A stretch of DNA of 64,000 nt, from the NCBI RefSeq assembly GCF_006345805.1, contig NC_043013.1, positions 43,462,001 through 43,526,000 of the forward strand. The letters run 5' to 3'. The notes under the pieces were generated by a model. The model was not told where the DNA came from, did no database searches, and worked only from the letters and a program-made list of their open reading frames with translations. Below, one piece after another: positions 25,030-39,538 of the stretch; the stretch's first letter is position 1; every line of letters starts with the position of its first letter. Both the position numbers and the translations under genes were made by a program. The stretch comes from Octopus sinensis (Eukaryota).

Positions 25030-25620
25030 CATGATTGAAGAATTGTTTCATCAATACTCAAACTTCTGGTAGAGCATTGAGGGATCCGAGTTGCTCGCTC
25101 TATTCTCCATGTTGACAGGCTTCCATAGAATTTCTGTGTACCAAGTTCACTCGCATAAACGGAGAAATTCCAACATATATTCTGAAACAATCCTATTTCT
25201 CCATCAGATGACAACACACGTGCTCTGGTCTTCTCGTAGGTCTTTGCAAAGGCAAGAAATAGTTCTTCTGGATTGTCACATGCTCAAAAGAATCTTCAAC
25301 ATTTTGTAACGATGAATGCTATCAAATGCTTCCCTGAAATCCATGAAGCTTATAATGACAGGTAGCTGTTTCGATTCAACTCCTATGATACACATCAGGG
25401 CTAACATCTGAGATGTTGTAGTCTAAATCCATTTTGATTTGGTCTCAGATGGTTATCAAGTGCCTGGTGAGGATCATCCGGTTGATGACTTTGGGCAAGA
25501 AGTTGGACAGTGAAATTCCTATGTAGTTAGTTTCATTGTTGAGGTTTCCTGACTTTGGGATTAGTATCAAGTTAATATCGGATCAGTTTTCAATGCCTCA
25601 CTGAAATAGCAAAGTTTACA
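25030..25620 (-). mobile_element. RTE-X-like LINE reverse transcriptase fragment, heavily degenerate
   Basis: Minus-strand frames give ILIPKSGNLNNETNYIGISLS..KVINRMIL and VLSSDGE. Confidence 0.65.
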
Positions 25621-25882
25621 ATGGCAATCACTGCTCAGTCATACATTGGAAGAAGGAATTTGAACTGGAGACAATAAACTTTTCTTTTATTAATCTCTTT
25701 ATCTGTCTTTATATACACACACACACTCCCAGTTACATTTTTAGGAGTGCTCCGTTGTTTTTGTTTGTCTGTCATTCCAGCTTGTCAGCCCTTGCTCAAA
25801 CCATCCAACCCATGCCAGCATGGACAATGGACGTTAAACAATGATACCGACGATGATGAGGATTTATATATATATATATGTA

Positions 25883-27121
25883 CAGAGGTTAGACAAAATA
25901 ATAGAAACACCTTAAAATTTCAAGCAAATTTATTTTAATATGGGATAGGACCGCCTTTGGGTGTAATCACAGCTTGAATTCTACAAGGTATGGACTTGTA
26001 CAAAGTTTGAATGTTTCCAAATAATTTTTGTCCATTCTTCAGCTAAAACAGCCTCCAGTTCTTGTAGTGGTGATGGTGGAGGATATTAACTCCTTACTTG
26101 TTTTTCTAAAACGCACCATAAATGTTCAATAATAATGAGATCTGGGGACTGTGGTGGCCAGATAAGATGTTCAACTTCACTAGAATGTTCCTCGTGCCAT
26201 ACAGTAACAACTTCAGCTGTGTGAATTGGTGCATTATCATCCTGAAAGATTGTGTTTCCCTCCGGAAACAGTTCCACAACCATAGGATGAATTTGATCAG
26301 ATAAAATGCTTAAATAGTCTCGACTATTAATTCTGCCATGAAGGAAAACCATTGTGTAGGCGGATTTCCAAGATATAGCCCCACACCCCAATCATCACAA
26401 ATCCCCCTCCATGTTTAACAGTCTGGGTCAAATGCTTCTTTTGGCTGTCTCCACACGTATACTCGGCCGGTGGTCAGAAATAAGGTAATATCATTCTTCC
26501 ACTGCTCTAGAGACCAATTCTGTAGGTTTTACTCCACTCTAAATGCTTTGCGACGTTCGTTTTTGAAAGTAGGGGTTTTCTGATTGCAGCCCTCCAGTGA
26601 AATCTGGCTTTGTGCAGTTCCCGACAAACAGTTTTTGTGGAAACTGGGTTCTCGAGGTGGTCATTAATCCCTGCAGTAATTTTGGGAGCTGTAGTTTTGT
26701 GAGCCTTTCTAACAATTCGCATAAGAGTCCGACAGTCCCTATCTGAAAGTTTTGGTTTTCTTCCAGAGTTTTGTTTCAACGAGGAGGTTTTTCCCACTTT
26801 CTCAAAGGCTGTCATTACTTTCGAGACAGTACTTCTTGATGCATCAAACATTTCAGGTGTTTTCATAACGCTAGTGCTTGCCATACGAGCACCAACAATT
26901 TGACCTCGTTGAAAGTCCGATAGATCTGTCATTTTAATGAATTTTAATTACCTTTTTCTGATGATATCTGAAAAGAAACACCAATTTTAGCAAAACATAT
27001 TAAGCAACAATAATAATAAAACCAAAAACATAAAAATAAACAAGCTTTTGATGGTTTTATAGATATTTCAAAATTATGATGCTAAGATGCTAGGTGTTTC
27101 TATTATTTTGTCCAACCCCTG
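25883..27121 (-). mobile_element. Tc1-like transposon, 1239 bp, 30-bp TIRs, TA target, defective transposase with D..36..E spacing
   Basis: TA|CAGAGGTTAGACAAAATAATAGAAACACC...GGTGTTTCTATTATTTTGTCCAACCCCTG|TA; HTH ORF 26507-26932; FQDDNAPIH...WPPQSPDLIIIE. Confidence 0.93.
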
Positions 27122-27975
27122 TAATTCTATGTGTGTGTGTGTGTGTGTGTCTGTGTGTGTGTGTGTGCGCGCATGTATATATACACCATAACAAAGATTT
27201 AACACAATATTGGTAAAGAAATTTGAGAAATTTGAAAAGAAAATATGAAAAGATGTCCCCCATGCCTCTATTAATGGCACCAGCACCAGCACCAACACCA
27301 ATACCAGCTTTAACGATGCCAATACCAACACCAACAACAATAGCACCAATAACAACAGTAGCAGTAGTGTCAACATCAACATCAACAGAAATAGAATCAT
27401 CAATACCTGCAAACAGAGATACTTTGGATGTTCGGGTAACATGCTCAAATAGCACCTCTTCAACTACAGATCCTCTCTGAGGATCCCAGATAGGAAATAC
27501 ACTATGTCCTTAGCCAGCCATACATGGTAACCAAGACACCATGGAACCCCACACATAATATCATGGAAGATCCTAAAAGTTCCAGGCCCCTACATAAATG
27601 GGATCAAGCATTATGAACTGTGCATAGCCAAATGAACAAGAATATTAAAGGACTCCCTTGGCCCAGAGAACATCCCTAACTTCAGAACAGAGTTCTTCAC
27701 CCACTGCTTACACTTCAGGAAATTCATGCTGGCATCCTGGGATCCAGACACCAACGTGGTCTATTAAATAGCAGTCAAAAGGAGATAATCCCTTGTTGTG
27801 ACAGAGTAACAAAGTCTTTTCCTACTCCTCCATTCTCTAGAGAGGCCATAAGCCAACGGGTTTTAGTGTCTGAAGAAACACTGTAAAGCTAAGTAATGTA
27901 TGGACGTGAAACCCAGAGTAACCCCATAGGCTGGCCATATCTACCTTTATACATATATATATATAGATAGGTGTA

Positions 27976-28352
27976 GGAGTGGCTGTGTGGTAAGTAGCTT
28001 GCTTACCAACCACATGGTTCTGGGTTCAGTCCCACTGCGTGGCACCTTGGGCTGACCAAAGCCTTGTGAGTGAATTTGGTAGACGGAAACTGAAAGAAGC
28101 CCATCGTATATATGTATATGTATATATATGTATGTGTGTGTGTATATGTTTGTGTGTCTGTGTTTGTCCCCCATAACATTGCTTGACAACCAATGCTGGT
28201 GTGTTTACATCACTGTCACTTAGCAGTTCAGCAAAAGAGACCGATAGAATAAGTACTAGGCTTACAAAGAATAAGTCCTGGGGTCGATTTGCTCAACTAA
28301 AGGCAGTGCTCCAGCATGGCCACAGTCAAATGACTGAAACAAGTAAAAGAGT
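27976..28352 (+). mobile_element. SINE, GGAGTGGCTGTGTGG family
   Basis: Full-length copy of the family. Confidence 0.85.
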
Positions 28353-31300
28353 AAATAAGTAATAATTTTATATTTGGGTAGACATCTTGTAGTATATTGT
28401 TGGTATACTGTTTAAAGCACATTCACAATATTCAGCTACCTGATGTCAACAACAGTAGGACAGTATATATGCCACTGGATTTACTTCACAAATCCCTTTG
28501 TGTCTATAGAGTTTATATTTTTAAAAAATGTGATGAACAAAATATGAGAATTCTTTCATTGTATCTCAGTTTCTTCTAGTGACATAGTATATTACGCTAA
28601 CCGAAATGTGAGGCCTTGAGAATCATTATCATCAGTGGCACTGATGTGTCATAGATGACGGTCAGGAAGGGTGAATTGTAGAGTCTCTTGCACCACACAT
28701 TCTTAACAATAGTGTGTTGTCTTCTCAAGAATGTCTCCAGTGCAGTTTGGTTTTACAGAGTAAAGACAATTTATATGTTGTCATTTTGGTTTTGTTTTGT
28801 AATGCATTCAAAGAATAATACAGGCTTCAAATTTTGGCACAAGGTCAGCAGTTTTAGGGGAGGGGCTAAGTCAATTACATTGACCCCAGTATTTCACTGG
28901 TACACAGAGGATGAAACACAAAGTCAACCTCAGCAGAATTTGAACTCAGAATGTAATGACAGGAAAATTCCACAAAACATTTTGCCTGGCATGCTAACAA
29001 TTCTGTCAGCTTGCCACCTTCCATTCCAAAAATATTCATCATCATCATCATCGTCTAACGTCCGTTTTCCGTGCTGGCATGGGTTGTACGGTTCAACTGG
29101 GGTCTGGGAAGCCAGAAGGCTGCACCAGGCCCAGTCTGATCTGGCAGTGTTTCTACAGCTAGATGCCCTTCCTAATGCCAACCACTCCGTGAGTGTAGTG
29201 GGTGCTTTTTACGTGCCACCGGCACGGGTGCCAGGCGAGGCTGGCAAACGACCACAATCGGATGGTGCTTTTTACATGCTTCCAGCACGGAGGCCAGACG
29301 ATGCTGGCAATAGCCACAATCGGATGGTGCTTTTTACATGCCACCGGCATGGGGGCCAGACGAGGTTCGCAAACGGCCACGATCGGATGGTGCTTTTTAC
29401 GTGCCACGGGCACGGAGGCCAGTTGGGGCAGCGCTGACAACAGCCACGTTCAGATGGTTCTCTTACGTGCCACCGGCTTGGCACAAGGCCAGCAAGTTTG
29501 GGGGAGGCTGTGAGTAGATTACATCAACACCAGTGTTCAGCTGGTACTTATTTTACCAACCCTGAAAGGATGGAAGGCAAACTGAATTTGAACTCGGAAC
29601 ATAAAGACAGAGATGAAATGCCACCTTACATTCAAAGAATAATATTGCAGGTCAGAAATATAAGCTATCAACTTTGGCCAATCAAGTCTGTTCCTGTTTT
29701 GGTCAATTAACCTTTTTACAGAAAAGAGTTTATCACTAAGTGATTTAGCAAAAGTGTGCCAAGAGACAGACCTTGGCAATAAACAAAACTGGTTGTTATA
29801 CTGTTTTTAAAAGAGAACAAAAATTCTATTTTACAAATATAAATTTTTACAGGTTTTTCTTACCAGTTTTACATGTTTTGACATGAATCTGTATAAACAG
29901 TTAAGACCCTTGTACCCTAGAGTATCTCTAACAATTTAATAGACACATTCTTGTACTATTGTCTGTTGTAATACAATAGAATGGGCCGTTATTATTTAGA
30001 TCTAGATAACCCTTCATCAAACCTTGTGTTACCATATCTCTGTCAAAATACAATTCGTTTTTGTTGCCCTCTATTCCAGTGAAGGTTGTTGAGGTAGAGT
30101 CCTCAGACACCTTCTCCTTCACAGGGTCCTATCAGAAGCAACCATAATTACACTTTCTGCTGGATTCCCAAGAATGACCAACTGAGACTTTGGATATTAT
30201 CCCCTAAGGTCTCCTGCCAGTTGGCTTGGCTTGAGAAATCTATTTCGCAATCTAACATGTCCATAACACTGGAGCTGTGATATCACAATCTGGAGAATAG
30301 CACTTCCTGGAAAGACTCCCTAATATCAGAGAAACATGCCTGAATAGTTTACATTGAAAAATAATAATACTGTGTAACAAAATTTTAATTTTTTTTGTTT
30401 TGTCTTTGGTCAGTAAGTGTTACTTCCTACTTGTTTCTATCTAGAAATCAAAGGAAGTGACTGCTATTCCCTTCAGACTTTGCTTTTGTGACCTGGACAT
30501 CAATGTTTTGAAATTGACTTATTTACCATTACATTTCAGACTGAGTTGCTGAAGCAGAAATATCATTATAGCAAATATTTTGCTGAATACCACAGATTTG
30601 TTTCTCAGTTGCTTGACCTTAATTACTAGAGCATATCCCTTAATGGCTGACAATATGTGCATCTCTGATCATGATAGGAGTAGTTGGGGTGCATCACGGC
30701 CATGTGTCTGAAGTGACCCTTTAGGGTTTAAATAAATGTAACAAAAGCCAAGTTTCAAGGAAATATTAGCCATTTTTCATACTTTCTAGGGGTAAGCAAA
30801 TAGGAAATAACAGTTACTACCCAGGGACAAAAATCATGTTACACTGCAATTTATTGAGATAATTTTATCCTTATAAAGCTGGTATTGGGAACATAAATTT
30901 ACATGAAACTTATATTACAAAACCAGAGGTGACCCAGGCAATTTGGTATAATATTGGTATATAACTATTACAGCCATGACATCAACACCATTACAGCCAT
31001 GACAACCCTGTCTTTAATCAACATAATCTCCCTAAGACTATATTATGAAAAATGTATCCTTACGTTATTAAATACACAAAGGAGAGATTTGAGAGATTCA
31101 GCTGTGAATTTTAGCAGATCAAGCAAACAGGAAGAGACACCTTTATTGTTTTCCAATAGAATAGGTATATGTATAGGATAGAAATTACGCTGATATGAAA
31201 TCCAGAAATTAACGAGAAGAAACAACTACAAATGGTACGTTTCAAACAATTTATTTAATATACAATCAACAGGTTAAAGAAATACAAAATATATATTTTT

Positions 31301-31809
31301 TTAAAAATTAAGCTTTGTTCAACAGTAAAACAGAAGCACTTATATATATATGTGTATATATATGCATACATATATGATGATGATGATGGTTGTTAAGAAG
31401 ATGATGATATACATCTGTATAGATGCATAAATATATATATATTTATATATATATATATATACACACACACATTTTACAACAGTTATCAAACAGAGGCTAG
31501 AGAACAAAAATATACATGCACATACACATACACACACTCACACATAAAGGCTTCTTTCAGTTTCTGCCAACAAAATCCACATGTGTGTAGACACACAAAT
31601 ATATGTATGTACATACACACGTATGTGTTTTTTTTTTTTTTTTTTTTTTGATTATTAGTCAACTTGTAGAAAACAACAAACATTTACTGAAGGTGATATT
31701 GTTTAGATAATTTGATTAAACAGCTTATTAAACCATTGGAATACGTCGTTAAAAGCAAAACTTGAAACTGCAGTCATGCGCACATGCATGTATGCACACA
31801 CACACAGAT

Positions 31810-31872
<63 letters not shown>

Positions 31873-32153
31873 TAAATCTATATTAAATACATTTATATGT
31901 AACAAAGTAGAGATTTCAGTACAGAAAGTAGAGGATAATTCTTTTTAACAGAAAATTTATATACATACGTATGTGTTAGTGTTAATGTATATGTGTAAAA
32001 TATATATATATATATACATATATATTATTCGGATCGCATGGAAAACTTGAAGTAGCATGGAAATCCGAATCAAACTATTTTGAACAATACATGTAACTCC
32101 TAATAATATTGAGTGTCCTTTCTTTCATTTGACCACTCACTCATATATATATA

Positions 32154-32256
<103 letters not shown>

Positions 32257-32954
32257 CACATAGATATATGAAGCGCAATGGCCCAGTGGTTAGGGCAGCG
32301 GACTCGCAGTTGTAGACTCGCGGTTTCGATTCCCAGACTGGGTGTTGTGAGTGTTTATTGAGCAAAAACAACTAAAGCTCCACGAGGCTCCGGCAGGGGG
32401 TGGTGGCGATCCCTGCTGTACTCTTTCGCCGCAACTTTCTCTCACTCTTTCTTCTGTTGGCCTGCGCTCGCTTAGCCAGTGGGGTGGCGTCATTTGAAGG
32501 CTAAAACAATGCAAAGCACATTGTGACCAGCGATGTGTAACAACATCTGATAACCTGGTCGGTCATGGTGATATATACATATATATATATATATACACAC
32601 ACACACAGATATATATCATCAGCAGCATTTTAATGTCCATCTTCCATGCACTTTTGTTTATATTGCTAGCTGGGAGATAAATCTCCACCATTTCCAGCCC
32701 CTAGATGACCAGGTCATGTGATTTCCACTTTCCTTTGTCTTGTCAATAATGGATGCTTGACTGCTAGAAATAGCAGCAATTCATCTCCCCGCCAACAATA
32801 TATAGAAAAAACAGTACCAGAACAAGTGCTTGTGTTGCAAATAACAAGTGAGCTTGTTAAACACATATATCCGTTATATCAATGATCCAGTTCTTAAAGT
32901 TGAATGGGATGAAGACGGATTAGAGAAGCGAAGCCAAGAATCAAGATGTTTTAA

Positions 32955-33173
32955 CCCTTTAGCATTCATACTATTCTGTCAAATATAATATTGATGTATT
33001 CCAAATTGTTTTGAATTAATCATGTGTTACCTGGTAGCTATGAGATGTTGATGAGGTAAATTAATTTTTAGAATGACATTGTAGGGTTGATGTGAAAGGC
33101 CAGATCTGATTGGTTTGAACATAAATCAGGCAGAATATTTCGGCTGGATATGGCTGGTTTAAATGCTAGAGGG
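32955..33173. mobile_element. piggyBac-like MITE, 219 bp, TTAA TSD
   Basis: TTAA|CCCTTTAGCATT...AATGCTAGAGGG|TTAA. Confidence 0.8.
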
Positions 33174-33524
33174 TTAAAGGAAAAATTTACCAAAGACGAA
33201 AAAGTTTTAGTCAACAAGAAAGAAGACAGAACTTTATTGCCATCAAGGCAGTTGCAATGCCCAAAATGTTTGAAGGGATTCTGTGCAGTGAACCCAGCAT
33301 AAACAATGGGTAAACTACAAGAGTTGAAGTGAGATCACAAGTAGGCTGAGAGAGAAGACAGACTTTGTATGCAGCAGAATGTGTAATGCCAGTATGTATG
33401 AGTAACAGAACATGTGCTGAGGGAAAAATTAGGTTCGAAAGTAATTTGATGTGATGTGGTGGAGAGATTATATAATGAACTCATTGTATACGGTGCTCTG
33501 ATGCACAACTCATGAGAAACAGTA

Positions 33525-34046
33525 CCGTAAATCTTCGAGTATAGTCTGCCCTTGAGTATAATACGCAGAGGATTGTTAGGGGGCTGTGCTTCTGAAAAAC
33601 CTAAACCTTATGTATAATGCGCCCCGCTTCTCTAACTTGAGTCGTGCGTAATTAAGCCAGCAGCACCTAGTCAAACAAACACTTCCGCGCATGCGTAATA
33701 CAATAATGGTGGTGTTCTTAACTGTTATATGGGAATGTAAATATGTTTGCAAATTGTGTTTGTTACATGTTATTCTGTGTTCTGAATACTTTTATTTTAA
33801 TAAATGTTGCTCACTGCAAGTTATGGATTATTCTTTTATGACTTCATTGCTTTCAGGCTTAGCTTAAGGTATTTTCGTGCCCAACATCACAAAATGCATC
33901 TGAATAAACATTGCCGGACAGCAAATAGAGACTCGGACATTGCTTAGAAAATATTTTTCATTTTTAACCTCGTATATAGTACGCACTAGGGATTTTGACC
34001 CTTAAATTTTGGGGGAAAAATGCGAATTATACTCGAGGATTTATGG
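33525..34046. mobile_element. Tc2/pogo-like MITE, 522 bp, TA target
   Basis: TA|CCGTAAATCTTCGAGTATAGTCTGC...GCGAATTATACTCGAGGATTTATGG|TA. Confidence 0.8.
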
Positions 34047-34564
34047 TACATAGAATATGCACAGGAAGTGAACAGTAAAAAAGTCTTTAAAAAAAATGGG
34101 AGGTGAGGGTCATCAGGTGTAGAATACTGAGCTTGTAGAGATATGTGATACATTTAGGGATGATGGATGGGAGTAAATTAGTAGCAAAAGGATCCAAACA
34201 GAAGAAGTACGCAACAGAGGAAGACTAAGGAAGACATGGGACGAAATGGAGAAGGATGATCTCGGGAGGTTGAACGTCTGAACGTCATGAAGGAAGTAGA
34301 AAAAGTTGCAGCAAGTGGCACGTAATAAACTGTACTTGGCCAACAATAAGGATAGCAGAGGGGTGTAACTAGGTGGGTACAGATAGATGTACACAACTTA
34401 CTAGTTCAAGGGTGGCATGAAGTATTGTGGTAGTGGTAGACAAGACAAAGAAAGTATAAGCATGGGAAAATATATATATATATATATATACAGAGAGAGA
34501 GAGAAAATAAGAAAATGGAGAAGCACATTAGTTGGTTCATCGTATGTATGTATGTGTATGTATA

Positions 34565-34623
<59 letters not shown>

Positions 34624-37419
34624 TCATCATCGTTTAGCGTCCGCTTTCCATGCTAGCATGGGTTGGATGGTTCAACTGGGCATATAAGTGTGGGGGGGGG
34701 GTATGTGTGTGTGCGCGTGAGTTGTGAGAGCATCAGGTAGAATATTTTGTGGAATTTGTTCTAGCTTTTTGTATTTTGAGTTCAAATCTCACCTAGGTTA
34801 ACATTGCATTTCATTGTTTCAGGGTTAATAAATAAAGAAGCTGCCCAGAGAGGCAGATGGGTGGAATGTTAAATCATCGAAGAAGATGTCTTGTTGCAGC
34901 CTTTGTTTTGGCACTGTGGATGATGAGTTCAAATTCTGCCTTCTATCACAAAGATGGTCTAGGGCTATCATAGAAACTACTTGTCCAATGTACCATACAA
35001 TGGGACTGAACCAGGAGTCAGGTTGTAGAGAAGCAAGCTTTTTAATCACTTATCATAGCCTTCAACATACTTCCCCCTCCACCAAATTCAAATTACAAAA
35101 TACTGGCCAAGCTGAGGCAATGGAAGAAAACAGTTTCTAAGATGCTGCTTCAGGATTAAAAGTGAAACCTTGTTGTTGTGAAGTAAAGTGCTAAGCTTCT
35201 TAACCATACAGCCATACCTGTGCCCTTGATGCAAGGAAGACAGGCAGGGCCCATAGGCTTGTTTGTCACAGGCTTTGCAAGACAGACGAGATCATTGTGG
35301 TTGATGTTTAGCTTGAATTTCGGTGGGTTGATGATATTTATAAAGAAACTATGGGCTGACAAAGAGTCCTGGAAAGGTCGCAGTTTTGTAGAAGGAATGG
35401 ACATAGTTTTTTAGTAGTGTTTAGTATGAAGTACAGGTGGGTATATCAATTAGGTAGGCTTGTGTAGAAAGGTGTGTAGCTTGCTAGTTCAAGAGGAGCA
35501 ATAACATTAGTGGTAATGCTAGAAGGGACAGAAATAGAGGCAAAGCTGAAGTATGTGCTGCCTGGGGCAGTCCTTAAATTAACTTCCCCCGACCTCCAGC
35601 ACCCTGCCCCCAAAAATACATCCTATAAAGGCTTATACAGATGACCCAAAAATTTTGCCCATCATAAAAGCATCATCCAAGGTGGATCACTGCCCCCCAT
35701 CCCATCCCCCCTCACTACACTAGTGGACAGAGAGAAGAGGACACAGCATTGTGACTGTGATCTGTGGGTGCAATGTGTCGGTGAGCAGAGGTTCATTAAG
35801 TGATTAGATGGTCCCTTTTATGGATGGAATTCAAAATGCCTTTTGCTTGTGTAGTGTGGACTACTTAGTCCCAAGTATATGAGTAGTACTCAAATATGGG
35901 ACAAACTTGACTGTTGCAAAGGGTCAACAACTAGTCAGGGCTGAAGAATTTTCTGGCCTTAAAGAGAAATCTCAGCCCTTTAGGTACGATGTTGGTAATA
36001 TCATTGATATTGCTTAAATGGCAAGCTGGCAGAATCATTGGTGCACCGGACAAAATACTCAGTGACATCCTGGCTCTTTGCAGCCTGAGTTCAAATTCTG
36101 CCAAGGTTGCCTTTATCTTTCATCCCTTTTAGGGTTGATGAAATAAAGTAATGACTCAAAAATTCCCCCTTCCCTCAAAATTACTGGTCTTATACCATTA
36201 GAAAGAATACAAATGCTGTTGGTTTTTAGTCCCATGTCAGCCCTGAAGGAGCAGACCCATGATGAAAGGTATTCCAGCTATGACCATCCCATTTGTTTTG
36301 TATATTAGGGACTATTTTAAGACACTAGAACAGTGTTTCTCAACCATTTTTCACCTGTGGATCCCTTTGATTCCTATTTTACACTACTGGACCCTCAGCC
36401 ATTCAATGTTTAAAAAATCCTGTTATATTTTTATGGTTAAATATTATTAGGAATTAAGACGATGAGTTAGCAGAAATGTTAGCACACCAAGCAAAACGCT
36501 TAGTGGTATTTCATTTGTCTTTACAATCTGAGTTCAAATTCCGCCAGGGTCGATAAAATAAGTATCAGTTGAATACTGGAAGTCAATGTAATTGACTTAC
36601 CCACTTCCCTGAAACTGGTGGCCTTGTGCCAAAATTTGAAACCAATATTAAGAATTGTATAAAAAAAAAATATTAAAATATTTTGTGAACTGTAAAAGTA
36701 TAACTATTTCATTACAAGTAAATTCTAACAACAAAATCTTATATGGACCCACAAACGTCAAGGAGGAGGAGGGGGAGGAGGATTTATTGTTGCTGCTGTA
36801 TTTAACCACAGGTCAGCACTGATCAAGCAGACCTATGATCAAAGGCATTACACTGCCGTCTTTTTGGGGAATTACGTCAGACTACATTATCCAATGAGCC
36901 TATTTTTTCTCCATACAGCGTGGATGTGAGTTGAGGGACATATGACTGCTATGCCAAGCAGTTTGACTGACCACATGGTGGCTCCCTTGTTGTTAGTGAT
37001 GCTAATAAAGACATTAGAAATTATTATTAACATTAGTAGTAGTAGCCCTTCAGCCCACCCCCATCCACACATCCATTAGGCCAGCCCTCATCAAGCATAC
37101 TTATAATTAAAGGCATTCCAGCTGTGGCTATCCTGCCTAAGATTACCTTTCCAGCTGCATCCATCCCTTTTTTTTTTTTTTAAAGACGATGGATTTGATT
37201 TGAAGAAGTTTTAGCTTCTATTTCTAGCAATCCAACTAACACACAAAGGTTCCCTTGCAGCAGCAGCTGTTGCTTAGACTTCATATCTTTTGTAACATAA
37301 CACTGGGTGAGAAGTTCATTTGTGTGTCATAGTTCAGACTGGCCTTGGACCATGTAAAGAGACACGAAGAAAGCCAATCAGGATATACAGTGTGAGGTGT
37401 AGGACAGATGTCTGGACAT

Positions 37420-37553
37420 AAGTAGGGTTAGAGTTAGGGTGGCAAATTCCATAGGCATCCAGCAGCAGGACCTCCGTAATGCTATGATGGATCGTGAAGT
37501 CTGGCGTAACATAGTAAATTCCATTGTCTCGACCACGGTCGAACAATGATGAT
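37420..37553 (+). mobile_element. RTE-X LINE 3' end, 5'-truncated
   Basis: QQQDLRNAMMDREVWRNIVNSIVSTTVEQ* then (TGA)n; same end as 44510-44751. Confidence 0.75.
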
Positions 37554-37556
37554 AGG

Positions 37557-37685
37557 GTAGCTGTCTGGCCATGTGTGGGGTACATAAGTGCAGGTGGCTG
37601 TCTGGCCATGTGTGGGGTACATAAGTGCAGGTGGCTGTCTAGATATGTGTGGGGTACATGAGTGCAGGTGGCTGTCTGGACAAGT
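37557..37685. repeat. 37-bp tandem repeat, ~3.5 copies
   Basis: GTGGCTGTCTGGCCATGTGTGGGGTACATAAGTGCAG repeated. Confidence 0.85.
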
Positions 37686-38600
37686 GTAAGTTCTAGAGTG
37701 ATTGTCAGGACATGTATGAGCTATATATATACACAATGACTGTCAAAGTATAAGAATGTAATATAACATATTGGACATGTGTGAGATGTAGAGTAGCTAC
37801 CAATGATGATGATGATGATAATGGCGGTGGTGGTGGTGATTGTAGTTGTGGTACAGCAATGGGATTGAGTTAAGAATATTAAAGATGTTGAGCATACATA
37901 ACAATACTATTGACAATGATGAGTGATGACAATAATGAGTGATGGCAGTGATGACGACAACTAACATAGGAGTGATCACAGTGATATCTGATATAACAGC
38001 AATGACAATGATGACAGTGGTAGATGATGTAATAATGGTTTCAAATTTCGGCACAAGGCCAGTAACTTTTAAAGGAAGGAGAGTTAGTCAATTACATCGA
38101 CCCCAGTGCTCAACTGGTACTTATTCTATCAACCCTGAAAGGATGAAAGGCAAAGTTGACCTTGACAGAATTTGAACTCAGAACATAGCAAGTCAGAAGA
38201 AATACCCATTTCTTTACTACCCACAAGGGGCTAAACACTGAGAGGACAAACAAGGACAGACAAACGGATTAAGTCGATTATATCGATCCCAGTGCATAAC
38301 TGGTACTTAATTTATCGACCCCGAAAGGATGAAAGGCAAAGTCGACCTCGGCGGAATTCGAACTCAGAACATAACAGCAGACGAAATACGGCTATGCATT
38401 TCGCCCGTCGTGCTAACAATTTTACCAGTTCGCCACCTTACAATGTCAGAAATACCATTAGGTATTCTGTCCAATGCTCTAACTATTTTGCCAGCTCAGT
38501 GCCCTTATAGCAGCAGTAGCAATGATGACAGCAGTAACTAGTGTAGCTCATCCTTCTTTCTTCCTGTATCCAAGATATCCAGAACATTCGCCACTGGTTA

Positions 38601-38662
38601 TCACTGAGCAAGTAGGGAGAGGGTCTTCACTGCTGGTACCACATCACTTAGACTTTGGACAT
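38601..38662 (-). CDS. CEP70: CEP70 terminal coding exon with stop
   Basis: tttccAG|AT GTC...CAG TGA TAA; (N)VQSLSDVVPAVKTLSLLAQ*, matching the CEP70 end DAIVPAVKKLKVLSY. Confidence 0.9.
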
Positions 38663-39262
38663 CTGGAAAGGAAGAAAAGATTGGTGTGAGAGCAAGAGAG
38701 AATGTATAAGGTGGGCAGTTGTGAGGGGGTGGGTATTAGCAGGAGATTGTGGTATTTGGGTAATCAATTATTAAAGAGGGTGAGCAACGGTGAGCGTGTT
38801 GGTAAATATTGGTGAGGAGAGATGAAGAGAGGCGAGGGGGGAATGAACAAAGGTGAAGTAGATAATTAGAAGAAATTGAGAGAGTCAGGAGAAGAGACAA
38901 ATAGAAATGGGAAAATAGAGAAAAGGAGATAGGAGACATGGAGAGCGAGAGAGAGAGAGAGAAAGCAAAAAATGGAAACAGAAATAAAGACAAAATTGTT
39001 TGTGCTGGTGCCATGTTAAATACACTGGTGCTAGTACCACAAAAAAGCATCCAGTACACTCTTTGGAGTGTTAGGAAGGGCATCCAGCTGTAGAAACCAT
39101 GCCAGAACAGGCAATTGGAGCCTGGTGCAGTCCAACCCATGCCAGCATGGAAAATGAATGTTAAATGATGATGATGAAGAGAGCTTGAAAGAGAGAGTAA
39201 GTGTAGAAGTACAGATAATAAAAAATGAAGAAAGAGAATGAGATATGAATGAAAACAGAGGT

Positions 39263-39296
<34 letters not shown>

Positions 39297-39458
39297 TGAA
39301 AGAAGAAGATAGCAAAGAAAATGAGATTGGATGAGTGTAGAAATAAAGACATAGGAAAGAGATAAGAGGGAAGAGAAGAAAAAAGAGTGGACTTGTGTGT
39401 GTGTTTGTGAGAGAGGGAGAGAGAGAGGAAAAGAGAGAGAAAGAGAGCAGTGACTTAC

Positions 39459-39538
39459 TTAATAGTTCAAGTAGTTCTGACATCACTGCATGGAATGCTG
39501 GGAAGAAAGAGTCATACTCTTCCAATCTTTTGATAATA
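39459..39538 (-). CDS. CEP70: CEP70 coding exon, 80 nt, phase 2 to 1
   Basis: tttcAG|T ATT ATC...TTA A|GTAAGT; IIKRLEEYDSFFPAFHAVMSELLELL matches CEP70 [26 protein letters not shown]. Confidence 0.92.

Noticed and set aside
27223-27480. Mucin-like Pro/Thr ORF, with ORFs also open on the minus strand
   Set aside because: Degenerate CAN-based 3/6-bp repeat; stop-free frames on both strands are expected; no splice context or family motif
29900-30350. Possible extra exon or gene (ORF 29928-30122)
   Set aside because: No convincing splice sites or protein motif; more likely a decayed LINE piece I cannot classify
38680-39440. Long purine-rich (GA) tract, also 7480-7800
   Set aside because: Ordinary low-complexity intronic sequence; ORFs over it are F/S/L-rich artefacts
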